Source: Pseudomonadota bacterium (GTDB lineage: Archaea > Thermoplasmatota > SW-10-69-26 > JACQPN01 > JAJPHT01). From it: a DNA stretch of 64,000 nt. The DNA is taken from positions 96,001 through 160,000 of the forward strand of contig JAJPHT010000029.1 of NCBI GenBank assembly GCA_021325135.1, written 5' to 3'. The position numbers and the translations under genes were made by a program. Position 1 is the first letter of the stretch. Each line of letters begins with the position of its first letter. Shown here piece after piece: positions 30,655 to 39,156 of the stretch. The notes beneath the pieces were generated by a model that was given only the letters and a program-made list of their open reading frames with translations, made no database searches and was not told where the DNA came from.

Positions 30655-31440
30655 TCACTCGCGGCCTTCGGCCGATCCGAAGATGTCCGCCAGCGCCTTC
30701 TTGTGCGGGTCGGGCATGCCCCAGTCGTCGACGTCCACCTGGAAGCTCTGGATGTCCAGGAGCAGCGCGCGGAAGGGGCCGTAGCTGCTCTGGCTCTCCA
30801 GCGCCCGCTTCTCCAGGAGGTCCATGGCCGCCTGCGGCACGCGCTCGCGCCACCCGGGGTAGCCCCAGCGGTACATGTGCAGGTATGCGAGGACGAGGCC
30901 GGCGTGCTCGCCGCAGGCCTTCGCGAGGCGCTCCCAGTCGACGAGGTCCCCCGCCGCGTGGAGGATGTGGAGGATGTCCGCGCCGTCGAAACGATATCGC
31001 CCCGCGACGAAGATCTTGCTGAGGATCAGCTCCTCCAGGGGGACCATGCGCTGCTCGCGGCCGAAGAGCGTGGCCGGCGGCGCGTGCTCGAACCAGGCGT
31101 CCTCCACGGGGAAGAGACCGTTGGCGTTGCGCCAGATGACGTCCACGAACACGTCGCCCACGAACCCCTTGCCCAGCCACGACTCGTAGACCGTCTCGAC
31201 GCGGAAGCCCGCCTCGGCGAGGGCGTCCAGGACGCGCGGCGCGTCCCCGGGGCGGCAGAAGAGGTCGATGTCCTTGGTGTCGCGCCAGATGCCGGTGTAG
31301 TGGTTGAAGGCCACGGCTCCCCCCAGGAGGACGGGCACGCCGCGGTCGGCGAGAGCCTCCAGCGCGGCGGCGTAGACGCGCGCGTGCTCGTCCTGGAAGG
31401 CCGGCGCCGAAAGCCGGGTCGCGGGCGGGAGCTGGGCCAT
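30655..31440 (-). CDS. Pol-beta-type nucleotidyltransferase family protein
   Basis: LLGGAVAF..YTG..RDTKDIDLF, LILSK...R.DGAD. Confidence 0.85.
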   Translation of the reverse strand: MAQLPPATRLSAPAFQDEHARVYAAALEALADRGVPVLLGGAVAFNHYTGIWRDTKDIDLFCRPGDAPRVLDALAEAGFRVETVYESWLGKGFVGDVFVDVIWRNANGLFPVEDAWFEHAPPATLFGREQRMVPLEELILSKIFVAGRYRFDGADILHILHAAGDLVDWERLAKACGEHAGLVLAYLHMYRWGYPGWRERVPQAAMDLLEKRALESQSSYGPFRALLLDIQSFQVDVDDWGMPDPHKKALADIFGSAEGRE

Positions 31441-31532
31441 GAAGCGCGCTTCGGGCACCCTCGGGGCTGGGAGGGCGCCACGTAAGAGCGTGTTGGCCGG
31501 GAGACAGATGGGCGCCCAGGCGGGCAGCCGCG

Positions 31533-32675
31533 TCACGCCGCGATGGGCCTGCTTGGGACGAGCATCGAGCGCACGTCCTCCTCCAGCGCGCTGGCGTCGA
31601 CCTCGCTGATGTTGAGCTTCGCGCGCAGGCCGATGAGCATGGCGCGCTCCTTGGCGCTCACGCGCCCGTCCTCCAGCACGCCTTCGAACGCCGCGCGGTA
31701 CACCTCCAGCTTCTTGAACGCGAGGTACTCCGGAGTGGCCTTGGCGCCGGGCATCGCCTTGTCCGCGACGCGCTCGGCGGCCTTCTGGATGGGGTTGAGC
31801 GCGAAGAGGAGGAGGCCCGCCGCGGCGCCGCCCACGACGACGCCGTACTGCTGGAGCCAGTTCTGCGCGATCTGGGCCACCACGAAGAAGACCGCCAGGA
31901 ACGCGCCCGCGATGGCGCTCACGCGGATGCTGCGCTTGATCTTGAGGTCGATGTCGAAGAGCTGGTACTTGACGATGCCGTAGGCGATGAGCGGCACGTA
32001 GAGCAGCACGATGAACGACACGAAGTCGTAGCCGTGCACTAGCCGATCCGCCGCGCTGGTGAGGGTGGGGATGCGCTGCGCGACGAGGACCACGTACACG
32101 ACGAACGCCGCGGAGACCGCATCGCGCGCGCCGAAGGCCACGGCGAAGGCGCGCGCCCGGCCGCGGGAGATGCCGGTGGGCGCGCGCAGGTAGGCGTCGA
32201 GGCTCGCCACGAGGCCGTACAGGTTGACCGCGTAGACCACGGCCTCCAGCAGGAAGAAGCCGAAGGTGGGCGCGACGTTCACGCCGTCGGAGGCGAGGAA
32301 GGGGTCGGGGCGCGCCGCGACGAAGAGGGCCGCCGCGCCGCCCAGCCCCAGGAGCGCGGCCTGCGAGGGGCGCGGGCGCAGGGGGCGCGCGAGGGGCGTG
32401 TCCAGGCCGCCCAGGAAGGCGAGGTACGCGAAGGGGAGGAACGCCAGCGCGGCGAGGCCCACGCGCAGGAGCGGCATGGCGTCGCGGCCGTCGACGACGA
32501 AGGCGAGCGCCCCGTTGAAGACGCCGATGTGGAGCCCCTCCGCCGCGAGCACCAGCGCGAGGCGCTTGTTGGAGGCGTTGCCGTGGGCGACCGCCAGGAG
32601 GAAGGCCGCCATGCCCAGCGCCGCGGCCGCCGCGATGAGGCCCACGACCCCCAGGCCGTCCCAGTGCAGCTCCAC
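31533..32675 (-). CDS. Membrane protein (7TM-sensor-like N-terminus, TerB-like C-terminus)
   Basis: Many TM helices, YGIVKYQLFDID, DGRVSAKERAML; GTG start inferred. Confidence 0.65.
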   Translation of the reverse strand: MELHWDGLGVVGLIAAAAALGMAAFLLAVAHGNASNKRLALVLAAEGLHIGVFNGALAFVVDGRDAMPLLRVGLAALAFLPFAYLAFLGGLDTPLARPLRPRPSQAALLGLGGAAALFVAARPDPFLASDGVNVAPTFGFFLLEAVVYAVNLYGLVASLDAYLRAPTGISRGRARAFAVAFGARDAVSAAFVVYVVLVAQRIPTLTSAADRLVHGYDFVSFIVLLYVPLIAYGIVKYQLFDIDLKIKRSIRVSAIAGAFLAVFFVVAQIAQNWLQQYGVVVGGAAAGLLLFALNPIQKAAERVADKAMPGAKATPEYLAFKKLEVYRAAFEGVLEDGRVSAKERAMLIGLRAKLNISEVDASALEEDVRSMLVPSRPIAA

Positions 32676-32717
32676 GGCCGGGAGGAGGAATAGGGGGAGA
32701 TAAACCCCTTTTTCCGC

Positions 32718-32824
32718 GGGGCTCCGCCCCTTCCATCGCCGAATCTCCGAATCGCGGAATCTCCGGCGGGGATTCCGAGATTCGGAGATTCGGGTTTCAC
32801 CGGGGGAAAGGGGGCGGAGCCCCC
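32718..32824. repeat. Nested palindrome: REP-like outer arms enclosing a 26-bp imperfect inverted repeat of GAATCTCC-like units
   Basis: CCGAATCTCCGAATCGCGGAATCTCC / GGGGATTCCGAGATTCGGAGATTCGG. Confidence 0.75.
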
Positions 32825-32842
32825 AGCAAGAACCGGAAGAAC

Positions 32843-35800
32843 CTACCCCTCTTCGTCCTCGTCCGCCCCCGCCATCGCGCGCCTCCGGCGGGAGAGGATG
32901 CGCAGCGCCACCTCGCGCTGGGCGGCCTCCTTGTCGCGCAGGCCGAAGGTGCCCCCCACGCGCCCCTCCAGCAGCTGGTCCATCATGGCGGTCTTCTCCT
33001 CCAGCACCTCGGCCACGTCCTCCTCCACGGTGTCCTCGGCGAGGAAGAAGTGGACCTCCACGTCGCGCGTCTGCGTCTTGCGGTGGATGCGGTCCATGGC
33101 CTGGCGGTGGAGGGCGGGGTTCCATTCGAGGTCGCAGAAGACGGCGCGGCGCGCGGCGGTGAGGGTGATGGCGACGCCCGCGGCGACGGTCTGCCCCACG
33201 AAGACGCGCACCTGGGGGTCCTTCTGGAAGCGCGCGACGACCTCGCCGCGGGCCTCGGCGCCGGTGCTGCCGGTGAGGGTGACGACGCCGTAGGGGGCAA
33301 GCTCCTCGGCGATGGCGCGGATGGGCTCGCGGTAGTGGCTGAAGACGACGACCTTCTCGTCCGCGCGCTCGTCGAGCATGCGGCGCAGCGCGGCGAGGAT
33401 CATGGGGAGCTTCCCCACGAGGGCGGCCTGCTTGAGGCGCTCCAGGTGGCCCGCCGTCTCGGCCATGCCGGAGGTGAGCGCCGTCTCCTCGCTCTCCTGC
33501 ATGTAGTCGCGGAAGCCGTCCTCCTCGGCGTCGTAGGCGCGGCGCGACTCGGGCGGAAGGGCCAGGCGCGTGACGTGCAGGTGCTTCTCGGGAAGGTCGG
33601 GCAACGCCTCGCGCTTCTCGCGCCGCAGCATGATGCCCTCCAGGTACTCGCGCAGGCGAGCGAGGACGGCCTGCTTCACGTCGGGCGTGCCGTGCTTCCA
33701 GGGGTGCTGGAAGCGGCGGTTGAACCACGCGGTGTCGCTCCACTCGTCGGGGTGCACGAAGGCCAGCTGCGTGCGGATCTCCTTGGGCTCGTTCATGACG
33801 GGCGTGCCCGACAGGATCAGGCGGCGCGGGACCTTGCGCAGCTTCTCCTCCACGAGGCGCGTGCGCTGCGCGCCGCGCGACTTCACGTAGTGGCTCTCGT
33901 CGAGGATCACCAATTCGAAGGGGAGCTTCGAGAGCGCGTCGCCGAACTTGGCGAGGCCGCTGTACGCGACGACGACGTACTTCTCGGGGCCTTCGGCGCG
34001 CGCGGCGTCGTCGCCGGGCGCCAGCACCACGCACTCCTCCGTCGTCCACGCGTGGACCTCCTGCCGCCACACGGCGCGGGCGCTGGCGGGGCACACCACC
34101 AGCACGCGCCCCGGGAGGAACTGCGCGGAGGCGATGGCGGTGAGCGTCTTGCCCAGGCCCATCTCGTCGGCCAGGAGGCACGCGTACTGGCGCTCCAGGA
34201 TGAACTGGAGCGCGACGCGCTGGTGCGGGTCGAGGCGCGTGGACTTGCGCAGGCCGGGCACGTCCCCCTCGAAGGGGCGCGGCGTCCAGCGCGGGCGCAG
34301 CCTGGGGCGCGCGCCCGTGGCGTCCTCGGGCATCTCGCGCTCCCACCGGGCGTAGCGCTGGCCGCGGGGCGCGAGGCGGCGCTGGAGCACCTTGGCGCCA
34401 AGCTCGCGCAGCGCCTCCACCAATTCGCCCATCTTGGTGCTGGGCACGAGGTAGTGGGCGCGCTCGACGTCCACCTCCAATCCTTCCGGGACGACGCGGC
34501 GGACGACGGCCTCGATCTCGGGCGAGACGACGGGCTTGCGCGCCTCGTCCTCCGAGACGCCGCGGCGGAACTCGGTGAGGCGCGGCGGCAGCGAGGCCTG
34601 GTCCACGAGCACGACGCCGCGGCCCAGCGGGATGGGGTTGAGCCCCGCCGCGGTGGTGACGGACGCGCCGCGCGCCGCGGCCTCCAGGAGGAACTCGCCC
34701 GCGCCGCCCGGCACGCTCCACACGCCCGGGAGGGCGCCGTGCGCCAGCGGGCGGGCGTCGGGGTGATGGCGCTTGAGGGCGTCCTCCATGCCGCGGACGA
34801 TGGCGGCGATGCGCTGGCTCTCGGCGCCGGGGTCGACGCCCCCCATGCGCCCCAGGGGGATGGGCCCCTTGAGGTGGAGCAGCGTGCCGCCCCCGTCCTT
34901 GCGGGGGCGCTCGTTGTAGCGCACGCTGGCCAGGCGCCACTCGCCGGTGGCGGGCTTGGGCCAGCGCGCGTCGAAGCCCCCCTCCCGCAGGAGCGCCACG
35001 AGGCGGCCGGCGTCCGCGGCGTCGGCCTCGGCGCGGCCCCCCTCCGCAAGCCAGCCCATGCGATAGAGCTCGATGCGGAGGCTCCGCGGCAGGACCGCCT
35101 GCTCGGGCGATAGCAGAAGCCGCACGCGGCGCCTTCTCGCGTCGTGCTGAAGCTGCCCTTCCCGGGCCAGGGGCAGGCGCGGGTCGTCGGCGAAGAGGGG
35201 CGCGGCGGCGGGGGCCGCGGACTCGGGGAGAGGGGGCCATCCGCCGGGCCCGGGGACGAGATGCACGCCCGCGCCCGCCAGCGCGGCGGCCAGGGCGGGA
35301 AGGTTCGCGGTGGGCCCCACGAGGCGCCAGGGCTCGTCGGCGTTTTGATATCCCTGCTCGGCGAAGGCCTTGGCCACCGCGACCCCGGGGAGACGCCCTT
35401 CGAGGCGGACCGCGGCCTCGCCTTCGCCCGCGGCCTCGACGTGCGCGACGAGGGGCATGGGGTCCTCGACGCGCAGGGCGTGGATGCCGGCGGCGAGAAG
35501 CTCGCGCTCGGCGCTGCGGAGGCTTTCGCTGTGGAAGCGGAGCCCCTTGTCCTGGCCCGCGGCGTGGCGCTGGAGGATGGCCAGCTGCAGCGGCGGGAGC
35601 CCCTCGCGCGGCGTCCACCACTCGAAGCGCCGCCGGCTGAACACCACGGGCATGAGCGGCACCCGCGCCTTGGGCGGCGGCGCCAGGGGCTCGAAGCTGG
35701 GCGGCGTGCCCTCGGCCAGGACGACGGCCGTGCCCTGCTGCGCGATCTCCTCCGCCGCGAGGTGCAGCGCGGCCAGCGGGCCCTCGAACTCGTGGACGAG

Positions 35801-36499
35801 GCTCTTGGGGCGCTTGAGGGGGCGGAAGCCGTGCGCGTCGAGGATCGTGCGCACCGCGAGGCCCGGCGTCTCGTGGGCCACGAGGCGGACGACGCTCTCG
35901 CCGCGGCGCACGCTGGCGCGCAGGCGCACGAAGGGGCGGCGGCTGAACGTCACGAGCGCGCTGCCCAAGGCCTCCAGCGTGCCCGCCAGGGCCGAGGCCT
36001 CCGCGCGGGGGATGGTGTACGCGCTGGCGGACTTGCGCGCGACGCCCGCCACGCTCTCCACCGCGCCGCGCTGCGCCTCGCTCAGGGCGTCGGCGGGCAC
36101 CTCGTAGTCCGTCGCCGTCTCTGGGAACGCCGGCACGGGCGTGGGCGGGTCGCCGGGCCCGAAGGCGGGGCGCGCCGCCTCGCGCACCTGGGGCGGCGCG
36201 TTGGCGGGGTCCAGCCGGCAGGCGGCCGCCAGGAGCGCGGCCGCGTGGGCACACAGGCCGGGCTGGCCGCACGAGCAGGACGAGGCGCCCTCGGCAAGGT
36301 CCACCGAGGCGTCGAACGCCCCGACGCGCCCCGCCGGGCGGGGGCTCCTCGCCTCGTGCAGGTCCACGTCGCCCAGCCGCAGGTGGTCCTGCGCCCGCCG
36401 CAGGGCGGCCGGGGAGGCGGCCCGCGCCAGGCGTTCCCAAGTCCACGTCTCGCTCGTTCCGTCGGAGGACAATTCCGGGAACGATGCGGGGCCCGCCAC
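32843..36499 (-). CDS. SNF2-family helicase/ATPase with N-terminal SWIM zinc finger
   Basis: CSC..CAH; LADEMGLGKT, DESH, SGTP, QAMDRIHR; start uncertain. Confidence 0.88.
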   Translation of the reverse strand: MAGPASFPELSSDGTSETWTWERLARAASPAALRRAQDHLRLGDVDLHEARSPRPAGRVGAFDASVDLAEGASSCSCGQPGLCAHAAALLAAACRLDPANAPPQVREAARPAFGPGDPPTPVPAFPETATDYEVPADALSEAQRGAVESVAGVARKSASAYTIPRAEASALAGTLEALGSALVTFSRRPFVRLRASVRRGESVVRLVAHETPGLAVRTILDAHGFRPLKRPKSLVHEFEGPLAALHLAAEEIAQQGTAVVLAEGTPPSFEPLAPPPKARVPLMPVVFSRRRFEWWTPREGLPPLQLAILQRHAAGQDKGLRFHSESLRSAERELLAAGIHALRVEDPMPLVAHVEAAGEGEAAVRLEGRLPGVAVAKAFAEQGYQNADEPWRLVGPTANLPALAAALAGAGVHLVPGPGGWPPLPESAAPAAAPLFADDPRLPLAREGQLQHDARRRRVRLLLSPEQAVLPRSLRIELYRMGWLAEGGRAEADAADAGRLVALLREGGFDARWPKPATGEWRLASVRYNERPRKDGGGTLLHLKGPIPLGRMGGVDPGAESQRIAAIVRGMEDALKRHHPDARPLAHGALPGVWSVPGGAGEFLLEAAARGASVTTAAGLNPIPLGRGVVLVDQASLPPRLTEFRRGVSEDEARKPVVSPEIEAVVRRVVPEGLEVDVERAHYLVPSTKMGELVEALRELGAKVLQRRLAPRGQRYARWEREMPEDATGARPRLRPRWTPRPFEGDVPGLRKSTRLDPHQRVALQFILERQYACLLADEMGLGKTLTAIASAQFLPGRVLVVCPASARAVWRQEVHAWTTEECVVLAPGDDAARAEGPEKYVVVAYSGLAKFGDALSKLPFELVILDESHYVKSRGAQRTRLVEEKLRKVPRRLILSGTPVMNEPKEIRTQLAFVHPDEWSDTAWFNRRFQHPWKHGTPDVKQAVLARLREYLEGIMLRREKREALPDLPEKHLHVTRLALPPESRRAYDAEEDGFRDYMQESEETALTSGMAETAGHLERLKQAALVGKLPMILAALRRMLDERADEKVVVFSHYREPIRAIAEELAPYGVVTLTGSTGAEARGEVVARFQKDPQVRVFVGQTVAAGVAITLTAARRAVFCDLEWNPALHRQAMDRIHRKTQTRDVEVHFFLAEDTVEEDVAEVLEEKTAMMDQLLEGRVGGTFGLRDKEAAQREVALRILSRRRRAMAGADEDEEG

Positions 36500-36520
36500 T
36501 TGAAGGTCGTTCTTTTGGGC

Positions 36521-36551
36521 CGGGGGGTTCGGGGGGCGACCCCCTGACGTC
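36521..36551 (+). repeat. REP-like hairpin
   Basis: GGGGGGTTCGGGGGGCGACCCCCTGACGTC, similar to the copies at 5595-5695. Confidence 0.65.
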
Positions 36552-36669
36552 TTGGTCGCCTGCTCTCAAAACGACCCCGTTTGCGCGCGCGATCGGCAAG
36601 CGATCCGCAGGCTCTTCTCCGACGAACGGGCCACAACCCGCAAGGGCCGGGGCGCGCCCCCAGGCAGGC

Positions 36670-36792
36670 ATGCCGTCCAGGCGAGAGCCCACCCAGAAGG
36701 ACCTGCGCGAGGAGGAGAAGGAGATCGGGGCCAACATCCCGCAGGGGATGAAGGGCGAGGACGACGCGGACTCGGCGCGGGACGAGGAGTAG
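36670..36792 (+). CDS. 40-aa acidic peptide
   Basis: MPSRREPTQKDLREEEKEIG...; codon usage typical for the genome. Confidence 0.45.
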   Translation: MPSRREPTQKDLREEEKEIGANIPQGMKGEDDADSARDEE

Positions 36793-36828
36793 GCAAGCGT
36801 TGAAGGCGCGCCCCGCGCCTGCCCGACC

Positions 36829-37638
36829 GTGTCGCGTTACCTCCTGGGGTGCGCCGGGTGGGGGTACGACGACTGGCGGGGCGGCTTCTACCCCGCCGGC
36901 GCGCCCCCGGCCGAGTACCTGGAGCGCTACGCGCGGGTGTTCCGCTTCGCCGAGGTGGACTCCTCCCACTACGCCGTGCCGCGGCGCGAGCAGGTGGCGC
37001 GCTGGGCCCTGGCGACGCCGCCGGGGTTCACCTTCGCGCCCAAGTTCCCCGGCGACGTGACGCACCGCGCGCGGCTGCGCGACGCGGAGGACCCCACGGA
37101 CGAGTTCCTGGCGGCGCTGGCCCCGCTGCGCACGTCGGGGAAGCTGGGCCCCGTCGTCCTCCAGTTCCCGCCCGCGTTCACGCGCGGCAACGACGGGGCC
37201 GCGCTCCATGCGTACCTCGACGGCCTGCCGCGCGACCTCGCGCTGGCGGTGGAGCTTCGCCACCCCTCGTGGTGGGTCCCCGCCACGTACCGCGCGCTGG
37301 AGGCCCGCGGCGCGGCCCTGGTGTGGAGCGTCACCGAGCACGGGCGCTCGCCGCCGGTCGTCACGGCGCCCTTCGTGTACGCGCGCCTGGTGGGCGACCG
37401 CGCGCTCTCGCGGTTCGACCGCGTCCAGCGCGACGCCTCCCCGGAGATCCGCTACTGGGCGCGGCGCTTCGAGGACGAGGGGCGCAGCGCGGAGCGCGTC
37501 TTCGCCGTGCTCAACAACCACCTCATGGGCTTCGCGCCGGCCAGCGCGCGGCTCCTGGCGGAGGCCCTGGGCGACGCGCCTCCGGACCTGGGAGCGGCCC
37601 TGCGCGGCCCCGGCCAGCGCAGCCTGGCTGGCTTGTAG
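36829..37638 (+). CDS. DUF72 (YecE) family protein
   Basis: GCAGWGYDDWRGGFYP, EVDSSHY, LQFPP, VELRHPSW, NNH. Confidence 0.92.
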   Translation: MSRYLLGCAGWGYDDWRGGFYPAGAPPAEYLERYARVFRFAEVDSSHYAVPRREQVARWALATPPGFTFAPKFPGDVTHRARLRDAEDPTDEFLAALAPLRTSGKLGPVVLQFPPAFTRGNDGAALHAYLDGLPRDLALAVELRHPSWWVPATYRALEARGAALVWSVTEHGRSPPVVTAPFVYARLVGDRALSRFDRVQRDASPEIRYWARRFEDEGRSAERVFAVLNNHLMGFAPASARLLAEALGDAPPDLGAALRGPGQRSLAGL

Positions 37639-37706
37639 GCGGCCGGCGGCGGACCTCGCGCCCGAGGCGCCACCTTGAAAGGCTCTCGGGGCCCCTGGCC
37701 GTGCAG

Positions 37707-38078
37707 ATGGCGCGCCCGCCCAAGGTGCTCATCGTGGACGATGAGGCCTCCATCCTCGCCTCCACGTCCGCGATGCTGGAGGCGTTGGGCTACGAGGTCG
37801 CGACGTGCGGCTTGGCGGAGGCGATCCTCGCCAGCGTGGCGCGCGAGGCGCCCGACGTGATCCTCCAGGACGTGCGCATGCCCGGCCTGGACATCGCGGC
37901 CGTGGTGGGCGAGATGCGCAGCGACCCGCGCTGGCGCCGGCTGCCCATCGTCGTCTTCACCGCCAGCATGGAGGCCGACGAGGTGGCCTCCCGCATCAGC
38001 GCCGTCTGCCTCCTGGAGAAGCCCTTCCGCCCCGAGGAGCTCGTCACGGCGCTGGACAAGGCGCTGGGCGCGGCGTAG
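37707..38078 (+). CDS. Single-domain response regulator
   Basis: VLIVDDE, DVRMPGLD, FTA, KPF. Confidence 0.92.
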   Translation: MARPPKVLIVDDEASILASTSAMLEALGYEVATCGLAEAILASVAREAPDVILQDVRMPGLDIAAVVGEMRSDPRWRRLPIVVFTASMEADEVASRISAVCLLEKPFRPEELVTALDKALGAA

Positions 38079-38228
38079 GAGAACGCGAGTGGCGCTCGGC
38101 AATCGAGATGCCAATCCACGGGCCGGTCGCAGAACCGGCGTCGGTTCAAGATGACGTCGTCATCGCGCCGCGGCTGCGACCGCGCGGCTCCGGTTTGGGG
38201 TTTTGCCCCGCCGGCGCGGGAAGAGGAC

Positions 38229-38960
38229 CTAGAGCGGCCCGACGGCGAGGCAGACGGGGCGCTGGGGCGGGGCCCACGGGGCGCAGCCGGGGTTCGAGGG
38301 GGTGCCCAGGGCGGAGACGGCGATGCACTCCGCGAGGCCGCCGTAGGGGGCGTAGTAGCCGTCCCGGTTCGCCTGGCAGTCGGGGCTGTCGTTGGTGGCG
38401 TTCCCAGTCCCGCTGATGGCGATGCACTGGACGCCGGGTGCTGGCGGATAGGCCCGGAAGAGGTGGCCTCCGCAGCCCGAGCCCTGGTTGGTGGCGTTGC
38501 CGGTGCCGCTCACGGCGATGCAGCCGAAGGTGTCGAAGGCCCCGCAGATGCCGGGGCCCTCGTTCGTGGCGTTGCCCGTCCCGCTCACGGCGATGCAATC
38601 CACCTCGAGCTGGATGCAGTGGCCGCCCTTGTTGGTGGCGTTCCCCGTGCCGCTCACGGCGGTGCAGGGGGGCGAGGGGACCTCGGCGAGGAAGGCGATG
38701 ACCACCGACGTCTGGTACCAGCAGTCCGTGTTCGTGGCGTTCCCGGTCCCCGAGACGGCGACGCCGTGCGGCGTGGTCGCGTTCCCGGTCCCGCTGAGGG
38801 CCAGGAAGCCCCAGTCCGTGGTGGCGTTGCCGGTGAGGCTCACCGCGACCATCTGGCCGTGGGCGTCCCCCGTGGTGGAGACCGCCACGGGGTCGGCGCC
38901 AGCGGTTCCGAGGGCGGAGGAGGAGAGGAGCAGGCCCAGGAGGGCGATCAGCCCGCGCAT
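38229..38960 (-). CDS. Secreted repeat protein, (C)xAVSGTGNATN about 9 times, with variable loops
   Basis: Signal peptide; repeats visible at both protein and DNA level. Confidence 0.8.
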   Translation of the reverse strand: MRGLIALLGLLLSSSALGTAGADPVAVSTTGDAHGQMVAVSLTGNATTDWGFLALSGTGNATTPHGVAVSGTGNATNTDCWYQTSVVIAFLAEVPSPPCTAVSGTGNATNKGGHCIQLEVDCIAVSGTGNATNEGPGICGAFDTFGCIAVSGTGNATNQGSGCGGHLFRAYPPAPGVQCIAISGTGNATNDSPDCQANRDGYYAPYGGLAECIAVSALGTPSNPGCAPWAPPQRPVCLAVGPL

Positions 38961-39156
38961 GATGGGGGCTCGCGAGGCGAGCGGGCGCCTTGGTCGTTGT
39001 CGGGAAGGCCTATGCGCATCGCCGGGCGCCACGAGGTCCTCCGGCGGGTTCAAGGGAAGGGCGCGGCTTGGCCCCAGCGCCGCGATGACGTGGGATCAAC
39101 CAACCGAGGTCAGCAGCCGGTGAAGGTCTACCGTTTTTCAGCTGAGCGGCTTCCGA

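Noticed and set aside
31533-36737. 1734-aa ORF and other very long alternative-frame ORFs (13191-16553, 13679-16642, 39128-41893, 21383-23977)
   Set aside because: Arg/Pro/Gly-rich shadow frames caused by high GC. They overlap well-supported genes, and in 31533-36737 only the distal part is a real gene.
38229-38960. CRISPR array or DGR target
   Set aside because: The repeats are in frame, synonymous-variable and irregularly spaced within a signal-peptide ORF. No cas or reverse transcriptase gene is in the window.
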